A stretch of 64,000 nt of DNA from Azolla caroliniana (GCA_043228905.1 JBHGNT010000005.1:15128001-15192000), one strand, 5' to 3'; shown: positions 1 through 14,600, numbered from the stretch's first letter. The notes: generated from the sequence alone by a model not told the origin. Translations and numbers: made by a program.

Positions 1-2873
1 TGAAGATAACCATCGGCTCCTAGATGGTCAGGTCGACGCACCCGATCTCCTCCAGCAAGAATACGAAGGCCTTCGCATGCTTCCCGAACATCCTCCGAAA
101 CTGGTCCTCTTCTACCGGCAATAGGAAGCGACCCCCACCGATCTTCAGCTTCGGTAGGGTCTCGTCGATGAACTGTTGCCCTATGCCGGATGAATCCCAC
201 AGACTCGGGTCTGGCGCGACCTCTTTCATTTGCTCCTCGCTTCCCCTCCGGCAAGGGAGCCACGACCAGCCTCACCTTCCGGTCCACAGTCTTGTACTTG
301 GTGTCAACCTAGGCCGTCTTCTCTGACCCAATCATCCCTCCGAATTCCGTGATGACTTCATACATTTCCATGACACTGACCGGAATTACTCGGTCTTCAT
401 TCAGGCCTTCATTGGCTACCCTTCCGATCTCTTCAAGGGTGATGTCGAAACAGACCACCTCCACGACACCGTTGATCTTTTGTCAGAGCTAAGGGCACCT
501 CACACCCTTAAACACTCTTCAACCCTCTTCCTTTCCCGATCTCTTACGCCGGTTATAGTACAACCTCCGTTGTTGGAGAACCAAAATTTACTATCTATGG
601 TACACGTGTGGGGTTTCTCAGGGGTCTTCGAACTATCGCGGCCCCATGCCTTGACCTCTCTAAAAATATTGTCTCGGTCGTTACTGTCAAGAGACTGACG
701 GTTACGCTCGTGGTTCGGTCACACCGTGGAAAATTGGACAGAGTGACGCCCGTCTTGGTCCTTCACCCGTGTGTACACCAAACCGTTGTCCAGCACTTTG
801 GTCTCCATACGGGCCGCCGTAATGTATGCTTCGCCAAGAATCACCGGGTGCAAGGAGGTCTCCTGCACGAAAAAGTGTTGATCAATCTTGACATCTCCAA
901 TCTTCACGCGTGCATTCGGGCACGCCCCGTGTAATTCCTCTGTAGCACATGTGGCCACACATATTCTCTACCCATGCTTGGTATTGATCGTCCATTTCCC
1001 CTTCTTGTAGAAATCCATGGGCATTAGGTTGATTTTGGATACATGGTCTATTAGCGCCACCACCGGTTCCTGAACGTTCCTGATCTGAACGAGAGTCTCC
1101 GTAGTTGCCCTTGCCCAGTGCGGCTTCAAATAGTGGCTCACCGCCACTTCATCTTCCATAATCGCGTCATCCAAGTGCGTCATTCGTACCTCCACCTGCT
1201 TCTCCGTCTCCGGCTCCATTTCGAGCCTGTTGCGCTTCACCAAGTCCATGATGGAGTCGTGGAACTCCTTGACAATCCCTAGTACTTCCCTCACAGTCAG
1301 CTCCGCTGAGCGGTCAAGGATCCATTCTTCAAGCACTTTCCGCAAGTCCTTCGCTCTTTCTATTTCCATTCCCAGCCGGTAACCTGCCGGCTTCGACCTT
1401 TCCTGTGCGCTCTTTCTATTCATCTTTCTTCTTTGGAGCGCTCCGCGTCTCGTACCGATTGGCAGGTCCGGCTCCTTCGCCCTTCCCTGCTCGTTTATCC
1501 TCCACAAAACCTCGTAGTTTTGGCATGCGGCTTCTACAAACCCGGTCTTTTCTTCGACTGGATCATCCCATCCGGTGACCTCTCTGACCCGCCTTTCCAC
1601 GTGGTCCGCTTGCTCCTTCCTTAGCTTAACGCTGGTGAGACCTTCAAGCACCGATAGCCAAAACCCAGAATCCTTTGCCTTCTCGCCGCCATCACCTCCG
1701 ACCTGGATGCCAACCGACGCTAAATAATGGACGGCCTCGGCGTGTCGCACCCTAACTTCTTCCATTGACCGCGTCATCCCGCCCCGACCAGTATTCAATT
1801 CTAGGAGTTTCTGGGTCTCGCATGCATGCACCCGCCCGTTCCATAGGTACACCACGTTACTCCTAAGCGCCTTGGAGAAATCCACCCACTCTCTCCGGAC
1901 ATGGCCGATCGCATCGCACCACACGCATCGTTGATCAACCGGAGGCCTCCGGTCATGTGACTATCCCCCATTATACCTCTGGGCTTGCACGATCTAGAGG
2001 TTGTGTACCATCTTAGTCAGTTCTTCAAGGGTCGCGCCCCCGAATGGGCCCTTGACCGTGTCGGTCAGAACCGTCCTGGACTCGATCCACCTTCACGTCT
2101 CTTCCTTCCTAGCCAGAATCAGTTCTTCTAGCCACTTCCCCCCGGCTGACGGACCCGCGTCACTCCACTCATGTTGTTTGTCGGAACGGCTACAAACCCG
2201 TTTTACCATGGCCCAATCAGTTGTGAGCCCTTCATCCGTCTCCAGTAGGAGACCCACCTTCTCTTTGTCATGTGCATCCACCAATTTGATGAAGAGTTGG
2301 ACCCAGCTCGTATCGAGAAGGGTCCGGTCCAGTGCCAAAAGCCGAGCAAACCGTTTTTCGAACTCCTGGAGGAGAACCGACGTGTTCCTCTCCTTTCTGG
2401 GACTCTCAACCCACTCAATGAACTCCCACTTCGACAGCCAAAGCGATTCATCAAACCCATACCTCTCGAGGAGCCGCCCTTCAAACTCCTCCCGGTGTCG
2501 GCAACCAACCTGTACTTCGAGCACCTCTACGTGAATGCTCAATGACACCACCTAAGGGGATCCAGAAAATCACCTGACCTCCAGGATGTCCCTCATTATC
2601 ATCTCCACCTGGTAGCTCTCAAGATAACTCGTCGCGTTCTTCCCACCAAATCGGTCGATCGTGTCGGCAATCGATCCAATGGCCCTGTCAAGGGCACCCG
2701 TGCCCTCACGAGCGCTCAGTACGCGGTCGACAACTAAAGCCATGGCTTTGGCGAGCTCACTTCCCCTCATCTTCAACTCCTCTACCACCCGTTTCAGGTC
2801 GGGTTCACCAAATATGTTGTGGTATTTCCTATTCACGTGCAATAGCTATGGCGAGACTGTGGGGCCTTGGACC
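1..2873 (-). mobile_element. Degenerate Ty3/gypsy internal region (gag, aspartic protease, start of pol); runs off the left edge
   Basis: Minus-strand ORF fragments 2570-2842 and 2093-2551 are gag-like. 968-1924 ends in the protease-like VALIDHVSKINLM, 719-958 contains HPVILG, and 20-229 is a pre-RT linker. Many stops and frameshifts. Confidence 0.65.
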
Positions 2874-2879
2874 AAGGAA

Positions 2880-3436
2880 TGATAGTAGAAGAAGAAGAAG
2901 AAGAAGAGACAGAGAATATCAACTGAATGTTATAGATTATAGAAAACAACAACATACAACCAGCTCGGCCAGAGTCTCAGCAATGGGCTAGCCACTCACG
3001 CACATACACCAGGAGACACCGAGACGCAACGGGGAGCCTCCATCGAGAGCACATTGGCTTCCTACGCGAGCAGAGGATTCTGACCGAACCGTGCGCCCAA
3101 AATGGAAACTGAGAGACATAGAGAGCTCGGTCCCCAAACCGACAACACTTCCTCCTCAAAGAAATCTCCCCTTTCATCAGTCCTCTCTTCCCCCTTTTAT
3201 AGATCAAGGAGAGAGAGAGGGTTGTTAGAACGGAGAGTTAATTCGTTTGCTTCAGGCCAAGATTTTCCTCGATTTCCTTGTGTCAACTTTCATATTACCC
3301 CACCCCTTTCCGTGCAGATCTTTAAATTACTTATCAAATCCTAGTTCATAGTACTTACTAGTCCTAGGTTATTTTCACGTGTTTATACATAGTACATATT
3401 TTTGAATGCATCAACGCATGCCCTCTTTCACGCACA
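2880..3436 (-). repeat. Probable 5' LTR of the left-edge gypsy element
   Basis: Lies just upstream of gag on the minus strand, has tentative TG..CA ends and a TATA-like ctataaaa on the minus strand near 3200. No second LTR in the window to confirm the boundaries. Confidence 0.35.
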
Positions 3437-5240
3437 TTCGACCCTTTTCCCTTTCGTGACTGGAATTTTTCACAACAACGTATTCTTTTACACACTTGAT
3501 CTTCCTCTTTGTTTCCCGTTCGACAAGACTTTGTAGGTTCCGGAAACAGTCGAAGACCTCGCATTGATCTAGCCCTCTTCCTCAATGAAGCACCCGTGGT
3601 GCGTAAACCACTATTGCATCCCTTGGTTGATGATCTGACCGAGTAACACCAGGTTCTTTGTGATTGTCGGGGCGTGAAGCACATTCATAAGCTTCCCTTT
3701 TATTCCGACATGGCTCAAGGGAACTTCTCGGACATTCATGATCAAGTGAGGAGTGTCGTCGTTGGTTTCGACAACTCCCGGTTCCTCCGGTTTTTCTAGA
3801 TATGAGAACCACTCTTCGTGGCTTGTCATGTGGTTAGACGCTCCGGAGTCAACGTACCACACTTTCTCCAATCCGGAAGTGATCTTCTTCATTGAGTTCA
3901 CCTTATGCTTCAACACGAAGGCTGGACATTTTCCGGACTTTCCAGTTCCTGATCCTTTTGATCCTTCTACATAGTGTGAACTTTGTCGGTTTCCATGTCC
4001 GGCCTTACCGGATTCAGATTTATCTGAATCAGCACTTTTTCCAGCACTCGCTCTCGGGCTAGCCTTTCTTCCCACAATACCAACATTTTGTGTCGGCCTT
4101 CCCTTGCTGGTTTCTGGTGCCACTTTGACTCCCCCTACTTGGCGAGGGTCCGGAACTACTATCGGCACCATATTTGTGCCTGCGATTCTACTCTTATCGG
4201 CCACTGCTATTGTGCACTGACCCACCTCGTCCTCGACGCCCATGGATCCTTTCCGCCTCTATATACAACATCTGGTCGTCCGATTGAGTGGTCCTTGACC
4301 CACTCGCATGGTTTCCTTTTACCATGAGCATCGATTGCAGGTCGAAGAAGGACAAGGGCTTCTCTTGGGTGCAAATTGCCGTCTGGATTGGCCCGTACTA
4401 TTGTGCTAGACCACCGAGGTAGATTTGAACCATCTCATCTTCGTCCACCGTCACGTTGATGGACCCGAGTGCGTCGTAGATCCCCTTGATCTTGTTGGCG
4501 TAATCAATGACTGACATGTCTCGTTGCCAGATATTGTTGAGGTCTTGTCAAAGCTGAACTTCGAGTCGTGGTACTTGTGGCAAAAATCTTTCGGAGATTT
4601 TCCCAGGCCTCCTTCGGTGACTTTGCGTCTTTAATGTAGCCAAGCATCTGGTCGGGCACATAGGACGCGAGGTAGTACAACACTCTGCTCACTCCTTCCT
4701 CCCATACCGGGAATTCCTTGTGTGTCAAATCCGGCACTACTTCATTTGATCCTTCCACGTAGCTCCAGTATCCGTGCCCCACGAGGTACTGGTGCATTTT
4801 ATACGACCAAGATGCATAGTTGCTCCTGTCGAGCTTTTCTGTGGGAAGCGACCTTGCCATGCTTCTACCCATATCTTTCTTCTGCCATGCTTCTGCATGG
4901 GAGAGACAGAGAGAGCATAATAGCATAACTCAATTCAAAATAATAACACTCTGTATATACAAATGTCCTACAGAACACTTTTTATACAAGTCCTTAAAAG
5001 GAGTGATAGAAGAACTGACAAGTACTTCAATGCTTATATGAGCGACTAACACTAACTCCAAGGAATATGTCTACGTACTAGACTCAGACCATAGGCTCCA
5101 AAGGCCTACCGGTTCTCACTATTCCGGAGTACGATCCGGTTCTCTGGTCCAGCTCTAGGTTCCGGATACCGATTCCGGATACCAATCCGGTTCTGGCTTA
5201 TTCAACCGATTCGGATCCGGTTGAGCTTGCCCGCTCAACA
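3437..5240 (-). mobile_element. Truncated Ty1/copia element (gag, protease, integrase fragment) with partial 5' LTR ~4880-5240
   Basis: Gag N-terminus MARSLPTEKLDRSNYASWSYKMHQYL (4504-4926) and protease WYVDSGASNHMT (3611-4243). The LTR resembles 17927-18345 and 23247-23693 and ends ...ctcaaca at 5240. Confidence 0.85.
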
Positions 5241-5605
5241 TAATGCTTATCAAACTTCATCGTCATCACCCCACAATATCTCCACCATCACATCATTCAT
5301 CATAATCATCATCACAACCCTAAAACCGATAACACCGACAACTCATGAACTATGCCATGAATTTTGATTATGATTATCATGGCGGAATGTTCTTAGTGAG
5401 GCATAAAGCACACTCAATGTTAGCACAGGGTTCAACTAACACCTCCTCCTCAAACAATATATGGTTTTTCGACTCAAGAACGTCCAATCACATGATGTCT
5501 CACGAAGATTGGTTTCGAGAGTTGAGAAAGCCTAATCGACCCGGCTATGTCGAAACTAGGGATGACACAACTCACCCCATTAGGCATATCAGAAATGTCC
5601 CATTC

Positions 5606-8600
5606 TGTTATGTACACATAACGTTGGTGAGGGTAGGTCACCAATATTTACATTAGTGAAGGGTATTTTCACTAATGTTAAAAAGGGGACTAATGATTGG
5701 ATAGAAGGAATGATAGATGCATGCACTATCATGATTTGGACAACCAATGAATGGAGAGTCTTTTAGAAAGGCACATCTATTCAAGGGGCCTATGAAAAGG
5801 TATAAATATGAGGCTTAGCTACCCTCATAATCACATTACATCGGAAGGCTGCTATCTTAGACACTGGTGGTGCGGGCTAGGTTTTGGTCTCGACGATCGT
5901 GTTTATCTCTTCCAAGGTATTAGACACTGGTGGTGCGGTATGGGACGACGGTGGTAGGTTAGCTATGTCTAGATCATAGCTCGGGGGTGGTCGGGTGGAA
6001 TGGGTTCTTCTATCCTTTCTATTTTCCTTCTTTTACTCTAGTTTGGTCTATTGATTAGTAATAGACTCTTAACAGTGATATAAGAGCATTTACTAACTTC
6101 TTCTTTTTTTGTTTTGATGTTTTTTGCGTGTAAGCGATGGGGATCTAACTAGGCTCGTCATGCTCTTCACAGGATCAAAACAACATTCTTAACCCGGTAT
6201 TCTTCTTTCTTGATCTCTCTTTTCTTTTCTATGATGCTTTCTTCTTGGTCATATGGAATTGGTATTACGTTTTCTTTTCTTTTCTTTCTTCTTTCTACCA
6301 TCATACGATGTTAATCTACTTATTCATTGGGTCGAGCGTGGTTTGCATTAATCGCACACGCTCAACTCATGGCCCTTTTGCATATTGCGATGTATCTCCC
6401 AGTCTCCCCTCTCTTGAGCCATCTTTTACGATAATAATTATTCTTGTGCATCGGGTCGAGTGTGTTTTCCCTAATCACACATGCTCACCTCATGGCCCTT
6501 TTGCATATGATGTAGAGTATGCCACTCTTCCCTTTATTGAGCCATCACTTGGCTGATTCTATGGGATGTTGTGGTATTGACAAGGTGTACGTTGCCTACC
6601 TATGCCACTCTACTCTCTATTGAGCCATCGCTTGGATGATTCTATGGGATGTTGTGACTTAACAAAGTATATGTCGCTTACCTATGCTACTTTACTCTTT
6701 ATTGAACCATTAATTGGCCGATTCTAGGGAGATGTGGTGGTCTTGAGGAGGTGCATGTCGACTACCTTAGGGTTTCATACCTTAAGGCATGCTTAATGAT
6801 TCATACACCTAATTGATTATTATTCTAATTAATTTCTAATTACACAAATTTTCGTTTCACTTTTGTATGATTTTCTAGTAATTGACAATTAACTCTCTTT
6901 CTTGCCCTTATTTTAAGTTCATCTACACTATTTACGTACGTTTAATGGTGTAACGATTCATGTAGACTATTTTTTAATATTGAGTGGGCATCATTCTGTT
7001 TTTTGAACGATTTTTTCCAACAGCTCATCTAGATTTAACTCATATTATCGAGCCTTAGAATTCGAGTAAAACCACATGAGTTCCCCTATTGATGTTTTAC
7101 TCATAGATTTTAGTTCTACATCTTTACACACAACACCACCGCCAGTTGTATCAATTTGTGGCTTATGTCACAAGTGAGTCTTTTGATGTTGTTGACGTTC
7201 ATACCAACCACTTTAGTTCATGTGAATGCACTTTTCCTTCACATTTACTTGGACCTAATGATTTACTCCGAGCAGTCGGGTATATCAATGGAACACAAGC
7301 ACATTTCTTGTTTGATTCCGACAGTTCTCACAATTTTCTTAATGATCACTTTGATTTACGTACGTTTAATGGTGTAACGATTCATGTAGACTATTTTTTA
7401 ATATTGAGTGGGCATCATTCTGTTTTTTGAACGATTTTTTCCAACAGCTCATCTAGATTTAACTCATATTATCGAGCCTTAGAATTCGAGTAAAACCACA
7501 TGAGTTCCCCTATTGATGTTTTACTCATAGATTTTAGTTCTACATCTTTACACACAACACCACCGCCAGTTGTATCAATTTGTGGCTTATGTCACAAGTG
7601 AGTCTTTTGATGTTGTTGACGTTCATACCAACCACTTTAGTTCATGTGAATGCACTTTTCCTTCACATTTACTTGGACCTAATGATTTACTCCGAGCAGT
7701 CGGGTATATCAATGGAACACAAGCACATTTCTTGTTTGATTCCGACAGTTCTCACAATTTTCTTAATGATCACTTTGATTTACGTACGTTTAATGGTGTA
7801 ACGATTCATGTAGACTATTTTTTAATATTGAGTGGGCATCATTCTGTTTTTTGAACGATTTTTTCCAACAGCTCATCTAGATTTAACTCATATTATCGAG
7901 CCTTAGAATTCGAGTAAAACCACATGAGTTCCCCTATTGATGTTTTACTCATAGATTTTAGTTCTACATCTTTACACACAACACCACCGCCAGTTGTATC
8001 AATTTGTGGCTTATGTCACAAGTGAGTCTTTTGATGTTGTTGACGTTCATACCAACCACTTCAGTTCATGTGAATGCACTTTTCCTTCACATTTACTTGG
8101 ACCTAATGATTTACTCCGAGCAGTCGGGTATATCAATGGAACACAAGCACATTTCTTGTTTGATTCCGACAGTTCTCACAATTTTCTTAATGATCACTTT
8201 GTGCAGCTAATGGAACTCCGCATAAAAGCAAGTGATCATATCTATCAAGTTCACATGGCAAATGGAAGCGTTCAATACATCAGTGGCATTGTTTGTCAAC
8301 TGCCAATTCAAATAGATACCTATTTGGAGAAGCTTGACTTTCATGTTATGAAACTACAATCCGTAGATGTCATTTTAGGATACCCTTGGTTTTTTAATAA
8401 AAACCCTTCTTTGTCCATTGATTGGGTTAATCACCCAATCACATTTGAACTTAATAATTGTAAACATTTTATTCAATGTTCCAAACTTCCTTCTCGTTCA
8501 CATGTGTCTTCTAAATCTTTAAGAGAGTATTCAAGTTCATTAATTTATTCGTGTGTAATTGATCCTGCGCTTCAATTTTATTATTTTAATATTGACGCCA

Positions 8601-11600
8601 CACAATTACCACATTATCAACAACGATTACTCGACTCTATTTTAGACGATTTTCAAGACGTGTTTCCTAATGAATTGCCACTTTACCACCAAAACGTAAT
8701 GTGGACCATCAAATTGAACTCATCCATGGTGCTACTCCTGTGAGCATTCCACCTTACCGACTTAGTCGATTAGAAGAGGATGAGATCGCTAAACAACTTA
8801 AGGAATACTTGAGTCTAGGGCACATTAGGTATAGTAAATCACCTTGGGGTGTGCCAGTTCTATTAGTTAAGAAGAAGGAAGGTTCATGGCGAATGTGTAT
8901 CAATTATCGTCGTTTGAATAAAATGATAATTAAAAATGCATATCCGTTACCTCGTGCCGATGATTTGATTAATCGTTTGCATGGGGCCCGATATTTTACG
9001 AAAATTGACTTACGAACAGGTTATCATCAGATTCGCATTGTCGAGGATGATATTCCTAAAACCACTTTTCGTACGCGCTATGGTCATTATGAGTTTTTAG
9101 TCATGCCTTTCGGTTTGACTAATGTTCTAGCCACATTCCAACAAGCGATGAATGACGTTTTTCGAGATCAACTCAGTGATTTTGTTGTCGTCTTCTTGGA
9201 TGATATTTTGATATATAGCCGTACCTTGCAAGATCATGTTCAACATGTTTGATTTGTTTTGCAAAAGTTGTGTAACAACTCTTTCTATGCAAAACATTCT
9301 CGTATTGAAATTGAACCTTCTCGTATTAAAAAGGTTAAACTTTGGCTCATTCCTCGTAATATTCGTGAACTCGATCATTCTTAGGGTTTGTTAGATTTTT
9401 ATGAAAATCAATTCGTAACTATTCCAAATTGACTACGCCATTAACTGACCTTTTAAAAGGTCATCCACGTAAGTCTGTCAAACCAATTGCATGGAATGAA
9501 CAACTTGACAAATCATTTGAGACACTCAAAGAGCATGTGTGTCTGGCTCCCACTCTTCTATTACCGGACCCTTCTAAGCCTTTCTCAATCGAAACCGATG
9601 CTAGTGATTATGCTATTGGTGCCATTCTTTATCAAGGCGGTCACCCTATTGCTTTTGAAAGTAAGAAGCTTGATGTTGCTCAATCTCGGTATTCAGTTCA
9701 AGAGAAAGAGTTGTTTGTGGTAATACATGCACCTAGAACATGGAGGCACTATCTCTATGGAAATAAATTTGTGGTTACAACAGACCATCAATCATTGAAG
9801 TATTTTTGGTGACCAGCCAGATCTTGTTGGTCGTAAAGGCCGTTGGAAGGACCTTATGCAAGATTTTGATTTTTCCATACGGTATCGCAAGGGTTCTATG
9901 AACACTGTTGCGGATGCTCTTAGTCGCATTAAAGAAGTTAACATGCTTAGTTTCACGAAAAAAAAATCTGATCTTTTAGATCACCTTCGAGAGAAATACC
10001 TTGATGACAATTATTTTTTGAAATACTGGACGAAAGCCGAATCTGGTTTAGATGTTGATACTAGCACCCTACCCTCGAAGGCGATCTTTCACATTACAAA
10101 CAGTTTGCTCTACCATAGTGGAAAGGTCTGTGTTCTAGATTTACCAAATGTAAAACAAAAAAATCTTCATGAATGTCATGATGCACCATCTGTTGGTCAT
10201 CCTAGAATACAACGCACACTCGTTCTCATCTCGAGTACATTTTTCTGGCCTACGATGCGCTCTGACGTGCATAAATACGTAACTCAATGCTTACAATGTC
10301 AGATTAATAAGTCGGAACGACTTAAAGTTGCAGGTCTTTTACATCCCTTAGATATTCCCAACAACAAATGGGAAAGGATCTCAATGGATTTTATTATTAG
10401 TTTACCTCATACACATAGGGGTCATGATGTCATTTGGGTTGTCGTTGACAGACTAACAAAATTGGCTAGATTTATTCTTACCAAAACCACGGTAACCGCT
10501 CAACAATTGGCTTATCAATTTGTTGAGTTATTTCACTTTTATGGATTACCGATGGATATCGTTAGTGATTTAAATTTTAGGTTTACTAGTGACTTTTGGA
10601 CTCAAGTCTTTAAGAAACTAGAAACTACGTTGAGCATGAGTTCCGCAAATCATCCTCAATCTAATGGACAAACTGAATGAGTTAATCAAATTATTGAGGA
10701 CATGCTTCAAACTTATGTAGCAAAAACCCCTTCTAAGTGGGAGCAATACCTTCCTATCTTAGAATTTGCCTATAATAGCTCTAAACATACATCCACTGGA
10801 TATAGTCCTTTTATGTTGATGTATGGTTTTTCAGCCACGTGCCCCAGTTGATGTCATGATTCATCATGATACATTAGACAGTACACGCAATGTTTTTCAA
10901 GACATGAAGCAAATGTTGCATATTGCCAAAGAGAATGTCAATACATCTCAAGATCATGCTCGATTTTATGTTGATCAGGATAGACGTCCTCGTGCCTTTA
11001 CTATTGGTCAAAAAGTTTTTTTGCGTGTCCCTATTGACTCTACGTCATTGTCTATGGCCAAGTGCGCTAAGTTAGCCCCACGATATTGTGGCCCATTTGA
11101 AATCCTTAAGCGGGTTGGGTCATCTACTTATCACCTTGCCTTACCTCGGAATGTTGGTATTCATCCTGTTTTTCACATTAGTCGTCTAAAACCATTTTTA
11201 GGCTCTGGTGATAACACTAGAGGATTTTTCTTACAAACCTCATGTTCCTGAACGACTTCTTGATTCTCGTACTAAACATTTATGTTCTAAAGAGATCGGG
11301 CTATTCGAGATCAAATGGGTGGATAAACCTATTGATGATGCCACATGGGAACGCGAGCATACTCTTAAGGCACAATTTCCTCACTTTATATAGCAAGAGT
11401 GCAATTTTTTGAAGTAGGGGATTATGTTATGTACACATAACATTGGTGAGGGTAGGTCACCAATATTTACATTAGTGAAGGGTATGTTCACTAATGCTAA
11501 AAAGGGGACTAATGATTGGATAGAAGGAATGATAGGTGCATGCACTATCATGATTTGGACAACCAATGAATGGAGAGCCTTTTAAAAAGGCACATCTATT

Positions 11601-11896
11601 CAAGGGGCCTAGGAAAAGGTATATATATGAGGCTTAGCTACCCTCATAATCACATTACGTCGGAAGGCTGTTGTCTTAGACACCGGTGGTGCGGGCTAGG
11701 CTTTGGTCTCGACGATCGTGTTTATCTCTTCCAAGGTATTAATCATCCTAATATCCGACGGTATGGGATGTCGGTGGTAGGTTGGCTATGTCTAGATCAT
11801 AGCTCGGGGTGGTCGGGTGGAACGGGTTCTTCTATCCTTTCTATTTTCCTTCTTTTACTTTAGTTTGGTCTATTGATTAGTAATAGTCTCTTAACA
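5606..11896 (+). mobile_element. Ty3/gypsy chromovirus bounded by both LTRs (5606-6074, 11425-11896), TSD CATTC; protease-RT-RNaseH-integrase-chromodomain, decayed
   Basis: TG..CA LTR pair, cattc at 5601-5605 and 11897-11901, degenerate iMet-type PBS at 6075, PPT before 11425. Protease [22 protein letters not shown], RNaseH ETDASDYAIG, integrase ISMDFI, chromodomain IKWVDKPIDDATWE (11208-11393). Confidence 0.93.
6930..8201 (+). repeat. Three near-identical 424-bp tandem copies inside the chromovirus
   Basis: Identical ORF starts at 7146, 7570 and 7994 (424-bp spacing). The unit begins atttacgtacgtttaatgg at 6930, 7354 and 7778; I saw one substitution, in copy 3. Confidence 0.95.
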
Positions 11897-13476
11897 CATT
11901 CGGGAATGATGGAAAACAAACGTACCTCAAGAACATTCTACATGTCCCAACCATCATGAGAAATCTGGTCTCAATCGGCCAGATCGTATTGAAAGGCATG
12001 CAAGTGCGGTTTAACAATGAAGGGAGCTCCATTGGAAAGGACAGTCGACTTGTAGCTCACGATCGACGAGAAGGCCCAATGTTCAGCTCGAATCGAACAA
12101 GGTAAAGTCGTCCATGTTTTCAAAAGGCCTCAAAGTTGAAACCGACTTGAAACTGTGGCACAAAAGAATCGGCCACATCAATCTCCGAAGCTCTAGAACA
12201 TGCAATCAAAAGGAGTCATCATCAGACTCCCGAAGTTTATAGAAAGAGAGAGAATTGTCATATGTGAGACATGCCAATTCGGCAAACAAAGTCCTAGATG
12301 TGATCCACTCATACGTGTGGGGACCAACACAGACCACAACATTCGCCAGATGCCGATATTACATGACCTTCATTGACAAATTCTCCAGGCACATCCGGAT
12401 CTAGCTGATGCGGCAAAAAAGCAAAGTGTTCAGACACTTCCAAAAATTTAAGAATGAAGTCGAGAAAGCCACAGGTCCACATGTATGATGCCTTCGATCG
12501 GATGGGGGTAACGAGTACTTCTTGGATGATTTCACAGTTTATCTCCGAAAGGAAGGAATTCGATGAGAGTTCTCCTCCCGACATACACCTCAACAAAATG
12601 GAGTAGCCGAACACAAGAATTGGCACATATTAGAGGTAGCCAAGTCGATGATGATCGAAAAGAACCTGCCAAACTCGTATTGGGCAGAAGCCACCAACAG
12701 AATCGTCTACTTCATGAACAGGTGTACAACCTCTGGGGTGCACGACGTAAAGCCCCACGGGAAGTTTTATGGAAAGAAGACGAATTTATCCCACGTCCGG
12801 ATATTCGGCTCCATTGTGTATGTACATATTCCCAACGAGAAGTGACTGAAGTTTGATCCTAAGTTAGAGAAATGTATCCTCCTAAGGTACTCACTCGAAT
12901 AAAAGGGGTACAAGTGCTATAACCCATCTACCTGGAAATTTCGAGTGAGTCAGGAGGTTGTTTTCGATGAGTCGACATCCTAGTACGAACTAGAGACGAC
13001 TTTGACTCCAGCCCTAGTCTACCCGAACTTGACCAACCAAGAGATAGAAGACGGAGATTGATAAAGGCATATGTTCAAAGAAAGTCCGATCGCGACCAAG
13101 CTCAGTGGCCACATGAGCCCCCGAGCGACCAAAGCACATCTCGACCAAGTTCGAAGATGGACAAAGGCAATGCCAAAATGCCGGAATATGAAGACGATCA
13201 ATCTGACAACACTGAATCGACTCACTCACTCAACAGTGAGCTTGGTGGCTTCAATGCACCGATCATGAGGACACCTAGTGTAAAGAAATCCATTGCCACG
13301 GCAAATGAGAAACTTCATCGCTCCACCCGAGAGAAGAATTTGGTTAGCCGATTCGGCTACAATGACTATATGGCGTATCACTATACCTTTATGATGAAGG
13401 TGGTAGTTGTTCGTGAATTGGGAAGCCTTACCAAAGCCGCTAAAGATCTATGATAGGTCAAAGCATTGAATGAGGA

Positions 13477-13744
13477 TGATAGGAACTACACGCTCCCTAT
13501 GCGCAACGCTCGGCCACAACCGAGCTTAGAATCATACATAGAAAAACTGGAAATGAAAGCACGACACAATGGAGAGAAGAGTACACGGGATGTTAACGTG
13601 GAAAACCCAAAGTAGGGAAAAACCACGGCAGCCCAGAGGCTGCAATCTATCGTTATATCACAATGTACAATGGTAAAGCACCAAGGCAACGACCTCGATC
13701 TTGTTATCTTCGCCACAGGCGGCGGTTACAATAGAGGCAACAAC

Positions 13745-13776
<32 letters not shown>

Positions 13777-14348
13777 GTACACAGTTACGCGCTCTGATCT
13801 TGCACCAACAAGAACGACAACAACTCTACACTACTAAGTTTGCTCTATGTCATATTTATACTAATATGACTTTTCGGCTATTTACAAATATAGCCCCGAT
13901 GGACTCTCAGAAACATATTTACGAATATGTCCCTTCATCCGGTGAGCACTCCTCATCGGGCCTGCATCATCCGGCGCTTGCCGAGCACACGTCATCCGGT
14001 TCTCACCGGGTCTTCCGTTGTCGGGTACTCCACATCCGGTTCTCACCGGGTCTTCACCATCCGGCTCTTGCCGGGTACTCATCATCCGGTTCTCACCAGG
14101 TATTCCGTTGTCGGGTACTCTTCATCTGGTTCTCACCGGGGCTTCCGTTGCCGGGTACTCTTCATCCGGTTCTCACCGGGGCTTCCGTTGCCGGGTACTC
14201 TTCATCCGATTCTCACTGGGGCTTCTGTTGCCGGGTACGCTTCATCCGGTTCTCACCGGGTCTTCACCATCCGACTTCGGCCTCGGCCGAGTTTGCTCAT
14301 CAGTACTGTTCTTCTCACTTCCCATCCGGAGGGACCTGTTTCCTAACA
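13477..14348 (-). repeat. Solo LTR of the Tork/Tnt1-like copia family at 42836-48232
   Basis: Reverse complement of the LTRs at 42836-43523 and 47556-48232. Flanks gagga/aagga (TSD with one mismatch). Host copia frame ALNEE|MQ resumes afterwards. Confidence 0.9.
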
Positions 14349-14600
14349 AAGGAGATGCAACCTCTCTCTAAGAACGAGACATGGGATCTCGTCCCCCAAT
14401 CCACTCACAACAAGGAAATCGGTTGTAGATAGATATTCAAGGTGAGTATAATGTCGACAACTCTGTCAATCACTAAAAACCTCGACTCGTAGATACGCAC
14501 AAACACATGGAGTCAATTATGAAGAGACCTTTGCCCCAGTGGCAAAGATGATGACTGTGTGGACCGTGATTGCCCTCGCAACTGCTAAAGGGTGGCACCT

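Noticed and set aside
2842-2873. Unusual PBS tggtccaaggccccacag of the left-edge gypsy
   Set aside because: I could not assign a primer tRNA or self-priming partner without a search, and the LTR boundary is uncertain.
13701-14432. Long overlapping ORFs (also 42827-43120 and 47337-47842) as genes
   Set aside because: They arise from GC-rich tandem repeats inside LTRs and have no protein motifs.
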